This document shows positions 45,652-55,366 of a DNA stretch of 64,000 bases, in pieces. The stretch comes from an uncultured Ardenticatenaceae bacterium (GTDB taxonomy: Bacteria > Chloroflexota > Anaerolineae > Promineifilales > Promineifilaceae), in NCBI GenBank assembly GCA_964579295.1, contig CAZOGK010000008.1, forward strand, positions 4,974 through 68,973, written 5' to 3'. The notes beneath the pieces were generated by a model. The model saw only the letters and a list, made by a program, of their open reading frames with translations, had not been told where the DNA came from and searched no databases. Within the stretch, counting starts at the first letter, position 1. The number at the start of each line of letters is the position of its first letter. Both the position numbers and the translations under genes were made by a program.

Positions 45652-46510
45652 TCAGCTGATTTTCGTATAGCAGAGTGGCAAGCTCCGGGCCGACATAGCG
45701 GAAATGCCACGGCTCATAGTTGAAGCCGGTCTCTTCATAACGCCCGTCGGGGTAGCTCATGGTGAAGCCATAGTCGTGGGCGTGCGCCGCCAGCCATTTG
45801 CCCTCGCCGGAAACGGCAAAGGCCGGGTGGAACTCGATGAATGGCTCGCCGACCATAGTGGGCAGGTCGGGCGTGCTAAAATCTACCGTGGTGCCTAACT
45901 GGTGCTCGCTGTGGCCGGCGCGGGCGCTGATATTCTGTACCCAGTCGGGAAACTGCTCGGCCCACTTGTTGCGCGCCGCCGCCTGGTCGTAGTAGCTGCG
46001 GAAGCCGGAGACGACGAACGGACGCAGCTCGGCTTCGTGCATGGCGGCGATCAGCTCCTGCAGTGGCGCGATAATCAACGCTCGCACCTGGGTCGGGTAG
46101 CCGCGGGTGACCGCCGAGGGAAAGTAGTCGCCCAGGGCTACCAGGTCGTCGGGCCGGTACGCGGCGCTCAGCCCATACTCATGGCTGACCAGCGGCAGCA
46201 AGTCGTTGGCGGCGGGAGTTCGCTCCTGGCAGAGGGGGATGGCCGTGGCGGTCGGCCTCGGCGTCACCGTGGGCGTGGGTGTGCTGGTTGGCGTAAGCGT
46301 GGGCGTATCCGTCGGCGTGGGCGTGCGCGTGCCTGTCGGCGACGGCTCCGGGGACGGCGTGGGGGTCTGGGCCGCGGCCGCCATGGTGGCCGTCGCGGCG
46401 ACCGTGGGCGCGGCAGCCACGGCAGTGCCCGCCGCCGGCTCAGTCGTGGGAGAGGGTGCGCAGCCGGCGAGCGCCAGCAGCAGGATGAGCGCCAGAAAGA
46501 TGGTGCGCAC
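45602..46510 (-). CDS. M15B (VanY-type) D-alanyl-D-alanine carboxypeptidase lipoprotein
   Basis: Lipobox LALAGC, Pro/Thr-rich linker, and motifs SGFRSY, SEHQLGTTVDF and EPWHFRYVG. Confidence 0.85.
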   Translation of the reverse strand: MRTIFLALILLLALAGCAPSPTTEPAAGTAVAAAPTVAATATMAAAAQTPTPSPEPSPTGTRTPTPTDTPTLTPTSTPTPTVTPRPTATAIPLCQERTPAANDLLPLVSHEYGLSAAYRPDDLVALGDYFPSAVTRGYPTQVRALIIAPLQELIAAMHEAELRPFVVSGFRSYYDQAAARNKWAEQFPDWVQNISARAGHSEHQLGTTVDFSTPDLPTMVGEPFIEFHPAFAVSGEGKWLAAHAHDYGFTMSYPDGRYEETGFNYEPWHFRYVGPELATLLYENQLTISEYLLDRHGPPCQP

Positions 46511-46518
46511 GCCGGCTC

Positions 46519-48102
46519 TCAGGATTCGGGCGCGCCCCAGCCGCCGCCGCCCGGCGTCGCCACGTGCAGGATAGCGCCCGCCGGGAGTGCCAGCGTGGCC
46601 TTGCCCGCTACTTCGCTACGTTCTCCCGCCAGCTCCAGCCAGTTTTCGCCGCATTGGCCAGGCTCGCCGTCCTGCAGGCCATACGGCGGGCGGCGGCGGC
46701 GCTCGCTGGTCACGGTGACCGTGGCCGGCGCCAGGAACTGTAGCGCGCGAACAACGCCGTCACCGCCCGCGTAGCGCCCGCGGCCGCCCGACCCGGCGCG
46801 CAGGCAATAGGCCGTCACTCGCACCGGCAGGCTGTGTTCCAGCGCTTCCACCGGCGTATTGCGTGTATTGCTCATGTGCACGTGCAAGCCGCTGGCGCCG
46901 GCTGCAGCCGGGCCGGCGCCGCCGCCGCCGCCAATCGTCTCATAATAGGCAAATGGCTCGCCATCGACGACGCCGCCAAAGCTGACATTGTTCATCGTTC
47001 CCTGGCTGGCGGCAGGGATGATGGCGGGCAGCGCCTGGGCCAGGGCGCCAAAGACGACGTCGACCACGCGCTGCGACGTTTCTACGTTGCCGGCGGCCAC
47101 CGCGTGCGGCGGAGCCGGGTCGAGCAGAGAGCGCGGCGGAATCCGCACGCTCAGCGGCTGAAAGGCGCCCTCATTCATGGGCAGCTCGCTGCCCAGCAGC
47201 GCCAGCGCCACACAGCGCACACAATAGGCCACCGCCGACTGCACGATGGCCGGCACGGCGTTGAGGTTGCCGGCGACGGCCGGCGCCGTGCCGCGGAAAT
47301 CGGCCGCCAGCCGCCCCTCGCCAATCTCCAGCGTCACCGCGATGGGCACGGCACTATCACTTTGCCCGTCGTCGTCCAGGTAGTCGCGGAAGCTGTAGCG
47401 CCCCGGCGGGCAGCGGCGCAGCGCTGCTTCCGTCATCTGGCGCGCATAGCCGATAAGCGCAGCCGCCTGCGCCAGCATCGTCTCCAGGCCGTAGCGCTCG
47501 CGGATGGCTTCCAGGCGGGCGGCCCCGGTGGCGTGCGCCGCCAGCTGGGCGGCCAGGTCGCCAGCCCGCTCGCCCGGCGTGCGCACATTGCGCAGGATCA
47601 GCCGCCAAAGCGCCTCATTGCGCTCGCCCGCGGCGACCAGTTTCACCGGTGGGATAATCAACCCTTCCTGGTAGAGTTCAACGCTGCTGGGCATGGAGCC
47701 GGGCGCCATGCCGCCCACGTCGGCGTGGTGCGCGCGGCTGGCGACAAAGAAGGCGGGCTCGTGCGCGCCGGGGGCAAAGACCGGCGAGACCAGGGTTATG
47801 TCCGGCAGATGCGTGCCGCCCAGATAGGGATCGTTGAGAATGACGACGTCGCCCGGCGCAAACGGCGCGGCGTGGGCCAGGGCGGCGCGCACGGAAGCGG
47901 GCATAGCGCCGAGATGGACGGGGATGTGCGCCGCCTGCCCCAGCATTTGTCCATCGCCGAGGAAGAGGGCGCAGCTAAAATCCAGCCGCTCTTTGATATT
48001 GGGGCTGTAGGCCGCCCGCTCCAGCGTGAGGCCCATCTCTTCGGCCACGGAGGCAAAGAGGTGGTGGAAAATGGAGAGCGTCGCCGCCGCTGGAGCCTGC
48101 AC
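46519..48102 (-). CDS. Hydantoinase B / oxoprolinase family protein (HyuB-like)
   Basis: Motifs [40 protein letters not shown] and [13 protein letters not shown]. The GTG start shares one nt with the upstream stop (TAGTG). Confidence 0.85.
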   Translation of the reverse strand: MQAPAAATLSIFHHLFASVAEEMGLTLERAAYSPNIKERLDFSCALFLGDGQMLGQAAHIPVHLGAMPASVRAALAHAAPFAPGDVVILNDPYLGGTHLPDITLVSPVFAPGAHEPAFFVASRAHHADVGGMAPGSMPSSVELYQEGLIIPPVKLVAAGERNEALWRLILRNVRTPGERAGDLAAQLAAHATGAARLEAIRERYGLETMLAQAAALIGYARQMTEAALRRCPPGRYSFRDYLDDDGQSDSAVPIAVTLEIGEGRLAADFRGTAPAVAGNLNAVPAIVQSAVAYCVRCVALALLGSELPMNEGAFQPLSVRIPPRSLLDPAPPHAVAAGNVETSQRVVDVVFGALAQALPAIIPAASQGTMNNVSFGGVVDGEPFAYYETIGGGGGAGPAAAGASGLHVHMSNTRNTPVEALEHSLPVRVTAYCLRAGSGGRGRYAGGDGVVRALQFLAPATVTVTSERRRRPPYGLQDGEPGQCGENWLELAGERSEVAGKATLALPAGAILHVATPGGGGWGAPES

Positions 48103-48656
48103 TAGCTGGCTTCGACGAAGACAGGCAGGTTGCCCAGCGCCACGATGTCTCCCCAGTCGTTCTCGCCCTCGGTAAATACGGCTGCCACTCTGGCAACGCT
48201 GCCGCCCGCCTTGCGCACGACCTCCTGCATCCCTTCTAGCGTGCTGCCGGTGCTGACCACATCGTCTATGACGATGGCCCGTTTGCCGTGCACGCGCTCA
48301 AAATCTTTCTCGTCCAGGTAGAGCGTCTGCTTCTTGCCCGTGGTAATCGACACCGTATCGGCGCTAATTGCCTGGCCCATATAGGTCTTATAGGCCTTGC
48401 GCAGGACGACATAGGGCAGCCCCATCAGCGCGCTCATCTCGTAGACCAGCGGCATGCTCTTCGCTTCCGCCGTCAGCAGCACGTCGGCCTCTACGTCTTT
48501 CAGCCGTTCGGCCAGCGCCGCCGCCGCCGCCTTTGCCACGTAGGTATCGCCGAGCATGTTGAAAATGGCAATACGCACCCCGGGCGCCACTTCAAAGAGG
48601 GGCAGGTGACGTGTGAGGCCGGCGACTTCAACAGTGTAGACGTCCCGCGTGCTCAT
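48102..48656 (-). CDS. Type I phosphoribosyltransferase family protein (APRT/XPRT-like)
   Basis: GAAGGAG RBS precedes ATG 48656. PRPP loop AIVIDDVVSTGSTL. Confidence 0.75.
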   Translation of the reverse strand: MSTRDVYTVEVAGLTRHLPLFEVAPGVRIAIFNMLGDTYVAKAAAAALAERLKDVEADVLLTAEAKSMPLVYEMSALMGLPYVVLRKAYKTYMGQAISADTVSITTGKKQTLYLDEKDFERVHGKRAIVIDDVVSTGSTLEGMQEVVRKAGGSVARVAAVFTEGENDWGDIVALGNLPVFVEAS

Positions 48657-48793
48657 GGACGGCAGCTCCTTCTCGGCGAACTCCAGGCAAGAAAACAGTA
48701 GTGACCGCGAAAGTTTACCTGTTCCCGGCAGCGGTGCCAACTCGCCTGAGCCCGGCTACAATGGTGCTCGATAACCGCGTCAAGGAGGCAGCC

Positions 48794-49777
48794 ATGCGCG
48801 CAATCACAGTATACGGGGGCCGGCCCGGCGAACCGCCCGCGCTTGTCTGGGAGGAGGCGCCCGATCCAACCTACGGCCCGGAGGAAGTCCTGGTCGAGGT
48901 TCGGGCTGCCGGCGTTAACCGCGCCGATCTGCACCAGGCGCGTGGCGGCTATGCCCCGCCGGCCGGCGCCAGCGACATCCTCGGCCTGGAGATTGCCGGC
49001 GACATCGTGGCTGTGGGCGCGCAGGTAACGGGCTGGCAGCCCGGCGACCGGGTCTGCGCGCTGCTGCCCGGCGGCGGCTACGCCACACTGGCGGCGGTCC
49101 CGGCGGCGATGCTGCTGCCGCTTCCGGACGACTGGGATTACGTGCAGGGGGCCGCCGTACCCGAAGCCTGGTATACGGCATTTATCAACCTGTTTATGGA
49201 GGGGGAGCTGAAAGCGGGCCAGCGCGTGCTCATCCATGCCGGCGGCAGCGGCGTGGGCACGGCCGCCATTCAGCTAGCCCGCGTGGCCGGCGCCGACGTG
49301 TTCATCACCGCCGGCCAGGAGCAGAAGCTGGCCCGCGGCCGCGAGCTTGGCGCCCGGCTGGCCGTGAACTACAAGGAGAGCGATTTCGGCGAGCTCATCC
49401 ATGCCGCGACGGAGGGCGAGGGCGTCGATCTCATCCTCGATCCGGTTGGCGCCGACAACCTGGAGCGCAACCTGAAGCTGCTGCGCGCCAACGGGCGTCT
49501 CGTGCAGATTGGCCTGCTCAGCGGCGCCAGGGCATCCATTGACCTGGGACTGGTGCTGGGGAACTCCCTGCACATTGTCGGCTCGCGCCTGCGACCCCGC
49601 CCGCTTGCCGAGAAGATCGCCATCACCCGGCGCTTTGCAGCGGAGGTCTGGCCCCTCTTGCTCAGCGGCGAACTGGCGCCGGTGATAGACAGCGTCTTTG
49701 CCATGGAGGATGCCGGCGCCGCCCACGACTACGTGCGGCAGAATCGCAACCTGGGCAAGGTCATCCTGCGCCGTTAG
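48794..49777 (+). CDS. NAD(P)H:quinone oxidoreductase, PIG3/Qor family
   Basis: AAGGAGG RBS. Motifs VRAAGVNRADLHQARGGYAPPAGASDILGLEIAG and HAGGSGVGTAAIQLA. Confidence 0.85.
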   Translation: MRAITVYGGRPGEPPALVWEEAPDPTYGPEEVLVEVRAAGVNRADLHQARGGYAPPAGASDILGLEIAGDIVAVGAQVTGWQPGDRVCALLPGGGYATLAAVPAAMLLPLPDDWDYVQGAAVPEAWYTAFINLFMEGELKAGQRVLIHAGGSGVGTAAIQLARVAGADVFITAGQEQKLARGRELGARLAVNYKESDFGELIHAATEGEGVDLILDPVGADNLERNLKLLRANGRLVQIGLLSGARASIDLGLVLGNSLHIVGSRLRPRPLAEKIAITRRFAAEVWPLLLSGELAPVIDSVFAMEDAGAAHDYVRQNRNLGKVILRR

Positions 49778-50481
49778 CCGCCGCCCATCTGGATCAGATT
49801 GCGCAGGGCGCGCTCGTCCAGAATCGTGATCTGCCGTCCTTTCACGGCCACCCACTGGGCGCGGCGGAAGCGGCCCAGCGTCTTGTTGATGCTGACCCGC
49901 GTGGCGCCCGTCATCTCGGCCAGGTCTGTCTGCGTCAGCGTCAGGTCAATCACCATCCCGTCGCCGCTCTTGCGCCCGTAGCGCTGCGAAAGGTTGAGCA
50001 GCGTCCGCGCCAGCCGGCCATTGAGGTCGAGGAAAAAGACGTCGTTAATCTGGTCGTTGAGGTGGCGGATGCGCCGCGCCAGTGTCTGCAGGACGTGGTA
50101 GGCGAATTCCGGGTTTTCGCCGAGAAAGCGAATGAAGTCATCGCGGTGCAGCGTTACGGTCTGCGTCGGCTGCAGCGCTTCCGCCGTGGCCGAGCGCGGC
50201 GCATCGTCCAGCAGCGCCAGCTCGCCGAAGAAATCGCCGGCGCCGAGGATGGCAAGCAGCGCTTCCTGCCCATCGGGCGTCGCGCTGAAGATTTTCACGG
50301 TTCCTTCGGTGATGATGTACAGCAGCCCGCCGGGGTCGCCGAGGTGAAAGATGACCTGCCCGCTGCTGAAGCGGCGCGGTACGAGTCGCTCCGCAAGTTC
50401 GCGCAATTCATCCGGCGCAAGCCGGACGAAGAAAGGCACGTTTTTCAACGCCTCGGCCGAGGGTTCAATTTGACCTGGCAT
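49774..50481 (-). CDS. Crp/Fnr family transcriptional regulator
   Basis: cNMP-binding fold (FFGELALLDDAPRSATA) plus a C-terminal HTH (TQTDLAEMTGATRVSINKTL). Confidence 0.85.
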   Translation of the reverse strand: MPGQIEPSAEALKNVPFFVRLAPDELRELAERLVPRRFSSGQVIFHLGDPGGLLYIITEGTVKIFSATPDGQEALLAILGAGDFFGELALLDDAPRSATAEALQPTQTVTLHRDDFIRFLGENPEFAYHVLQTLARRIRHLNDQINDVFFLDLNGRLARTLLNLSQRYGRKSGDGMVIDLTLTQTDLAEMTGATRVSINKTLGRFRRAQWVAVKGRQITILDERALRNLIQMGGG

Positions 50482-50676
50482 TTCCTCGCTCTTCCTCATC
50501 CATCTTCCCAATGGATCGTCTGGCTGGCTGTAACCAGCGCAGATGGGTAACCGCATTGTAACTCAATGGCAGCCAAAGCGGAAACAAGTTCTGCGCCTAT
50601 GGGTGAGATTCTGGCTCTCGCGCGGCGGCGAAGAGAGTTGCCGTGTCCGCAGCGCCGGCGTCCCGTTGGCCAGCGG

Positions 50677-51888
50677 TTAGGGCAACTGTGCCAACAGCAG
50701 TTTCTCGGCCTGGGCCAGCGCCCGCTCGACCAGGCCGGCCGGCGCCGGCGGCCCGCCGCCCTGCGCAAACTGCGCCGAGCCGCCGCCGCCCGCTGTGCCC
50801 AGCAGCGGCAACACCTGCTTCAGCAGCTGGTCCATCTGCCCCGGCGCGTCGGCCGCGCGGCTGAGAATGAGCAGCGAGCGCTGGCCGCCGGTCCCCAATA
50901 AGGCGATGGCCCCACTGCGCGCGCTGATACGGCTGGCCAGCGCCTTTAGCTCCGCCGCATCGCGATTGTCGAAGGCGCAGCGGACAATGCGCAGGTCGCC
51001 AACCTCCAACGCGGCATCCAATAGCCCGTCCGCTTCGAAGTCGAGCAGCCGGTTATCCTGGTGGCGCAGCTGGCGCCGCGCCGCCTGCAGCTCGTCGCGC
51101 AGGTTCTCCACGCTGGCGGCAATCTGCTCGGCCCCGGTTGTTAGCGTGGCCGAAAGCTGGTTCACCAGGCTATTCTTTTGCCTGTAGTCGAGTAGGGCGC
51201 GGCGGCCGCAGAGAAAACCTACTCGCAGGTGGCCGCGCTGGCGCTCCAGCTTGATGAGCTTGATCATGCCAACTTCGCCGGTGCGGGCCACGTGCGTGCC
51301 GCCGCAGGCGGAGAGGTCAAAGCCGGCGATGTCAATCAGGCGCACCAGCTCGCCGGCGCCCGGCGGCAGCTTGCGCAGCGGCAGCGACGCCGCCTCGTCT
51401 CGGCTGACCATACGCACCGCCACCGGCCGGTCTTCCCAGATGATCTGATTTGCCAGCAGCTCAGCCGCTTCCACCTGCTGCGGCCGCAGCGCGTCGCTAT
51501 CCAGGTCGATGGTCACGCTATTGTCGCTCAGGTGGAAGGAGACCGTCTCCGCCTCGGCCACGCGAATAAATGCCTGCGAGAGAATATGCTGGCCCGTGTG
51601 CTGCTGCATATGGTCAAAGCGGCGCGCCCACTCTATCTCCCCCGTGACGGCATCATCCCAGACTTCGCCGGCGACGACGTGGACAATAGCCCCGTCCTCT
51701 CGGATGAAGACGTCATGTACCGGCTGCCCGTTGAGCCGCCCCTGGTCGGCCGGTTGCCCGCCCGAAGTGGGGTAAAAATACGTGCCGTCGAGAACTAGCG
51801 CCAGATTGCCCTCGTGCTGTCTGCGCTCGACCACACGCGCAGCGAATGTGGTGCAGTAGGCGTCCTGGTAGTAGCGCCGGCTCTCCAC
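50677..51888 (-). CDS. alaX: Alanyl-tRNA editing protein, AlaX-L type (with DHHA1 domain)
   Basis: Zinc and editing motifs HTGQHILS and CGGTHV. C-terminal GGGGSAQFAQGGG. Confidence 0.8.
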   Translation of the reverse strand: MESRRYYQDAYCTTFAARVVERRQHEGNLALVLDGTYFYPTSGGQPADQGRLNGQPVHDVFIREDGAIVHVVAGEVWDDAVTGEIEWARRFDHMQQHTGQHILSQAFIRVAEAETVSFHLSDNSVTIDLDSDALRPQQVEAAELLANQIIWEDRPVAVRMVSRDEAASLPLRKLPPGAGELVRLIDIAGFDLSACGGTHVARTGEVGMIKLIKLERQRGHLRVGFLCGRRALLDYRQKNSLVNQLSATLTTGAEQIAASVENLRDELQAARRQLRHQDNRLLDFEADGLLDAALEVGDLRIVRCAFDNRDAAELKALASRISARSGAIALLGTGGQRSLLILSRAADAPGQMDQLLKQVLPLLGTAGGGGSAQFAQGGGPPAPAGLVERALAQAEKLLLAQLP

Positions 51889-51893
51889 GCTGC

Positions 51894-54587
51894 TCAGCTC
51901 CCGTACGCTGCCGGCGCTCCGGCGCGGGTCGGCAGGGTAAACCAGAAACAGGCCCCGCCGCCCGGCGCATCCTCAATCCCGATAGCGCCGCCATGTGCTT
52001 CCACGGCGAGCCGGCAGAAGGCCAGCCCCAGCCCCAGCCCCTTGGGCGCGCCTTCTCCCTGGCCGCGGCGGAACTTGTCGAAAATCACCTCGCGGAAGTG
52101 CAGGGGCACGCCGCCGCCCCTGTCGCTGACCGTCACGCGCAGGAAACCGCCCGCGTCTGGCCCGGCGGCCGTGACCGTCACAGGATTACCCTCCGGCGTG
52201 TACTTGCTGGCGTTATCCAGCAGATTGATGAAGACGCGCCGGATCATATCGGGATCGACGTAGACAGGGGCCAGGTCGGGCGGAAGGTCGGCCTCCAGCG
52301 CAGCTTGGCGGCGCTGAAAGATGGGCTGCACCGCCTCGAACGCGTCTGCAATGAGCCGCCGCAGGTCGACGAACTCCAGGTCGGTAATCGAGCCGCCCGC
52401 CTCTAGATGCGAAATGTCCAGCAGCGAGCGGATTAAGGTCTGCAGCCGGCCGCTGCTGCGCACGGCAATATCTACGATGGAGAATGTGACCTCATCGCTG
52501 TCCGGCGGCAGCTCGTAGCGCAGCAGCTCAAGGCTGGAGATGATGTTGCCCAGCGGGCTTTGCAGGTCGTGGACCAGCATCGCCATGAGGTCGCTCCGCA
52601 TCTCCTCCAGCTCCACCTGCTCGGTAATGTCACGGTAGATCCACTGCAGCAGCTCGACGCCCGCCGAGAGTGTCCGCTTGACGTAGCCTTCCACCGGGAT
52701 GGCGAGGCCGTCGGCGGCGACGATTTCCGTGGTGAATGTCCGGGCCTTATCGGCGTTAATCTTCTCCAGCGGCGGCAGCGCCGCTGCCCGTTCCTTGCCA
52801 TGCAGCGCCGCAATCGGCAGCCCCAACAGCTCGTCGTGGCTGATGCGCAGGAAGTCTCCGGCCCGCCGGTTCGCTTCCACGATATAGCCCTGCGGATCGG
52901 TTAGCAGAATCGGGTTGATGCTGTCTTCAAAGAGGTCCAGATAGCGTTCTTCGGCGGCCTGCGTCCGCGCAAACTGCCGGGCATTGTTCAGCGCGCTGCT
53001 TGCCAGATTCGCCAGGTTGACCAGCAGCAGCAGGTCGGTCTCGGAAAAGGAGCCCTTGCGCGGATTGATAGCCTGAATCGTGCCCAGGACTTCGTCCTTT
53101 ACCTGCAGCGGGGCGCAAATCATCGCCCGCGTTGTCTGACCGGTGCGCCGGTCGCCTTCGGCGTCGAAGCGCGGGTCCTGGCTCATATCAGGAACCAGGG
53201 CCGGCTCGCCGTGCTTCATCACCCAGCCGGAAACACCCTGATTGGAGGGCAGGCGCAGGCCAACGATCTCCTGGCTGCCGATACCCGCGGCGACCGTATA
53301 GACCAGCTCGTCCTGCTGCGCGTCGACCAGCGCAATCGAGATGGCTTCGGCGTTGAGCAGCTCGTTCATCTGCGTCAGCAGCGATTGCAGGATCTCGCTC
53401 GTGTTCAGCGAGGAGTTGATAACCTTGCTGGCCTCGTTGAGCAGGGCCGAGACGCGCAGCTGGCGCTGCGTGTCTTCATAGAGCCGGGCGTTGTGCACCG
53501 CGATCGTCGCATGGTTCGCCAGCATCCGCGCCGCCTCCACTTCCGGGGGCGTAAAGTGGCGCGCCTGCTTGAGGTCGAGCAGAATGAGTAGCCCGATGGG
53601 CCGCTCCGAGGCGATGAGCGGCAGCAGCAGCAGCGCGTGTATCCCGGCCTCGGCCATCCGTTCCTGCTCGGCCGCGTGCAGACGTTCGTCATCCCCCCTG
53701 ATTTCCACCGGCGCGCCTTCCTCGAGGAGCTGGCGCACGGCGTCAGTATATTCCAGGGAGCCTAACGCCCGATCAATCGCAGCCGCCGCCTCCTCGCCCT
53801 CCGTGGCGAAGAGGAGGAGCGGCGTTAGCTCCAGCCCGCTCTCATGCCAGTCATAAATAAGGCAGACGTCGAGCGCCAGCAGGCGCGTCATCTGCTCGGC
53901 CATGATTTTCAGCACCTGTTCGCGCTCGAGGCTGGTGGAGACGACGGCTGTCGCCGCGACCAGCGCGGCAAGCACTTCCGCCCGCTGCTGGCTCTCCTGA
54001 TACAGGCGCGCGCTCTCGATGGTCGTCGCCGCATAGCCTGCAATGGCTTCCAGCAGCTCTACCTCGCGCCGCCCAAAGCGGTTGGTCCCCTGCCGCGTCA
54101 TGGTGATCGCGCCGGTGGGCCGGCCGCGCACAATTAGCGGCGTGCAGACGGCCGACCAGGAATCCTGCGCCGTAGGATGTTCCGAGTGCGGCAGCCAGCG
54201 CTCGTCGCGGCGCGTGTCGGCGACGACCTGGGTCTGCTGCAGTCGCATGGCCCAGGCCATCAGGCCGCGAGCGGCGACCTCTTGCAGGAAGGGCGAGCTG
54301 CTCTCTGCCGAGCCACCGTCTTCCAGCAGCCAGGCGTGCTGCACGACGTTGGCTTCGTCCACGACGATGATGCTACCGGCCGCCGCCTGCAGCTCGTCCG
54401 ACGCGACGCGCAAGACGCCGGGCAATATTTCCGCCATGTCCAGCCCGCCGGAGACCACCTGGCGCAGCAACTGGTTGACCGTGTAGAGGGTCCGCAGGCG
54501 ACCATCGTCGCCAGTGCTGAGCAACTGAGGGGTAGTTTGCGAGCCGGGCATGGGTCCTATTGTAGTCGTGCGCAGGGCCGCCTTCAA
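51894..54587 (-). CDS. Cytoplasmic multi-GAF/PAS sensor histidine kinase
   Basis: No TM segment. Several GAF-like repeats and a PAS region are followed by the H-box MLVHDLQSPLGN, N-box INLLDNASKY, and G-boxes DRGGGVP and GLGLGLAFC. The start is TTG 54587 or ATG 54551. Confidence 0.85.
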   Translation of the reverse strand: MKAALRTTTIGPMPGSQTTPQLLSTGDDGRLRTLYTVNQLLRQVVSGGLDMAEILPGVLRVASDELQAAAGSIIVVDEANVVQHAWLLEDGGSAESSSPFLQEVAARGLMAWAMRLQQTQVVADTRRDERWLPHSEHPTAQDSWSAVCTPLIVRGRPTGAITMTRQGTNRFGRREVELLEAIAGYAATTIESARLYQESQQRAEVLAALVAATAVVSTSLEREQVLKIMAEQMTRLLALDVCLIYDWHESGLELTPLLLFATEGEEAAAAIDRALGSLEYTDAVRQLLEEGAPVEIRGDDERLHAAEQERMAEAGIHALLLLPLIASERPIGLLILLDLKQARHFTPPEVEAARMLANHATIAVHNARLYEDTQRQLRVSALLNEASKVINSSLNTSEILQSLLTQMNELLNAEAISIALVDAQQDELVYTVAAGIGSQEIVGLRLPSNQGVSGWVMKHGEPALVPDMSQDPRFDAEGDRRTGQTTRAMICAPLQVKDEVLGTIQAINPRKGSFSETDLLLLVNLANLASSALNNARQFARTQAAEERYLDLFEDSINPILLTDPQGYIVEANRRAGDFLRISHDELLGLPIAALHGKERAAALPPLEKINADKARTFTTEIVAADGLAIPVEGYVKRTLSAGVELLQWIYRDITEQVELEEMRSDLMAMLVHDLQSPLGNIISSLELLRYELPPDSDEVTFSIVDIAVRSSGRLQTLIRSLLDISHLEAGGSITDLEFVDLRRLIADAFEAVQPIFQRRQAALEADLPPDLAPVYVDPDMIRRVFINLLDNASKYTPEGNPVTVTAAGPDAGGFLRVTVSDRGGGVPLHFREVIFDKFRRGQGEGAPKGLGLGLAFCRLAVEAHGGAIGIEDAPGGGACFWFTLPTRAGAPAAYGS

Positions 54588-55366
54588 CTAGACGAGGCGC
54601 GGGCCAGGTGGCGCCGGAGCAGCTCAACCTGCTCAGGCTTGTCGGCGTCCATGGCCAGGTCGGCGTGCGGGCTCAGCAGCACGCGCACCGGCGCGCCGAA
54701 AAGACGGCTGGCCGTCGCCTCAATTTCGGCGATGGTCAGGCGACGGGTGAGCAGGCGCAACAGCGTAATCGGCCCCACCAGCCAGGCCAGCCGCCAGGCA
54801 TGCTTGCGCGCATCTGCCAGCGCCTGCCACAATGCCTCGTTGCTCTCCACGACTGTGGACTTGACCAGAACAATGTCGCCGCCCGCGACTTCGGCGTCGC
54901 GCAGCCGCACGAAGGTGCGCCGCGACTGGGGAAAACGGGCTTCCATTGTCTCGCGGGTGACCAGATTATAGTAGGCGAGATGGTCAAACGGCCGGCATTG
55001 CTCGACAAAGGTATCGACCAGCTCGGCAGTCAGGAGCGGAATATCGCCGGTCGTAATCAGAATCTCGCCCCCTGGCCGGCCGTGCTCCAGCCGCCAGCCC
55101 AGGCCGGCCTTGACGTTGCTGATCAGCCCGCCCGTGTCGGGCAGCGCCGCCAGCAGCGGCGGCAGCGCCAGGCCGTCCAGCTCATTGGGGCCGAGCCCGA
55201 CGATAATCAGGCCGTCCACGTAGCGGCTGCCGGCGCAGGCGGCGGCTACGCGCTCCAGCATGGTGCTCCCGCCCATGTCGATGAGCGCTTTTGGCCGGCC
55301 GAGGCTGTAGGGAAAGAGTGGGTCATCCGGCCCGATGCTCCCGCCGGCGGCAATGATGCAGTCCAT
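54584..55366 (-). CDS. MobA-like nucleotidyltransferase family protein
   Basis: N-terminus MDCIIAAGGSIG...GRPKALIDMGG and a TTGDIPLL block. TAATG overlap with the upstream gene. Confidence 0.6.
   Translation of the reverse strand: MDCIIAAGGSIGPDDPLFPYSLGRPKALIDMGGSTMLERVAAACAGSRYVDGLIIVGLGPNELDGLALPPLLAALPDTGGLISNVKAGLGWRLEHGRPGGEILITTGDIPLLTAELVDTFVEQCRPFDHLAYYNLVTRETMEARFPQSRRTFVRLRDAEVAGGDIVLVKSTVVESNEALWQALADARKHAWRLAWLVGPITLLRLLTRRLTIAEIEATASRLFGAPVRVLLSPHADLAMDADKPEQVELLRRHLARASSS

Noticed and set aside
46250-46390. Short repetitive DNA (GTGGGCGT-type units).
   Set aside because: It is the coding sequence of the Pro/Thr-rich linker (TPTPT...) of the VanY-type lipoprotein on the minus strand. 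It is neither a CRISPR nor a non-coding tandem repeat.
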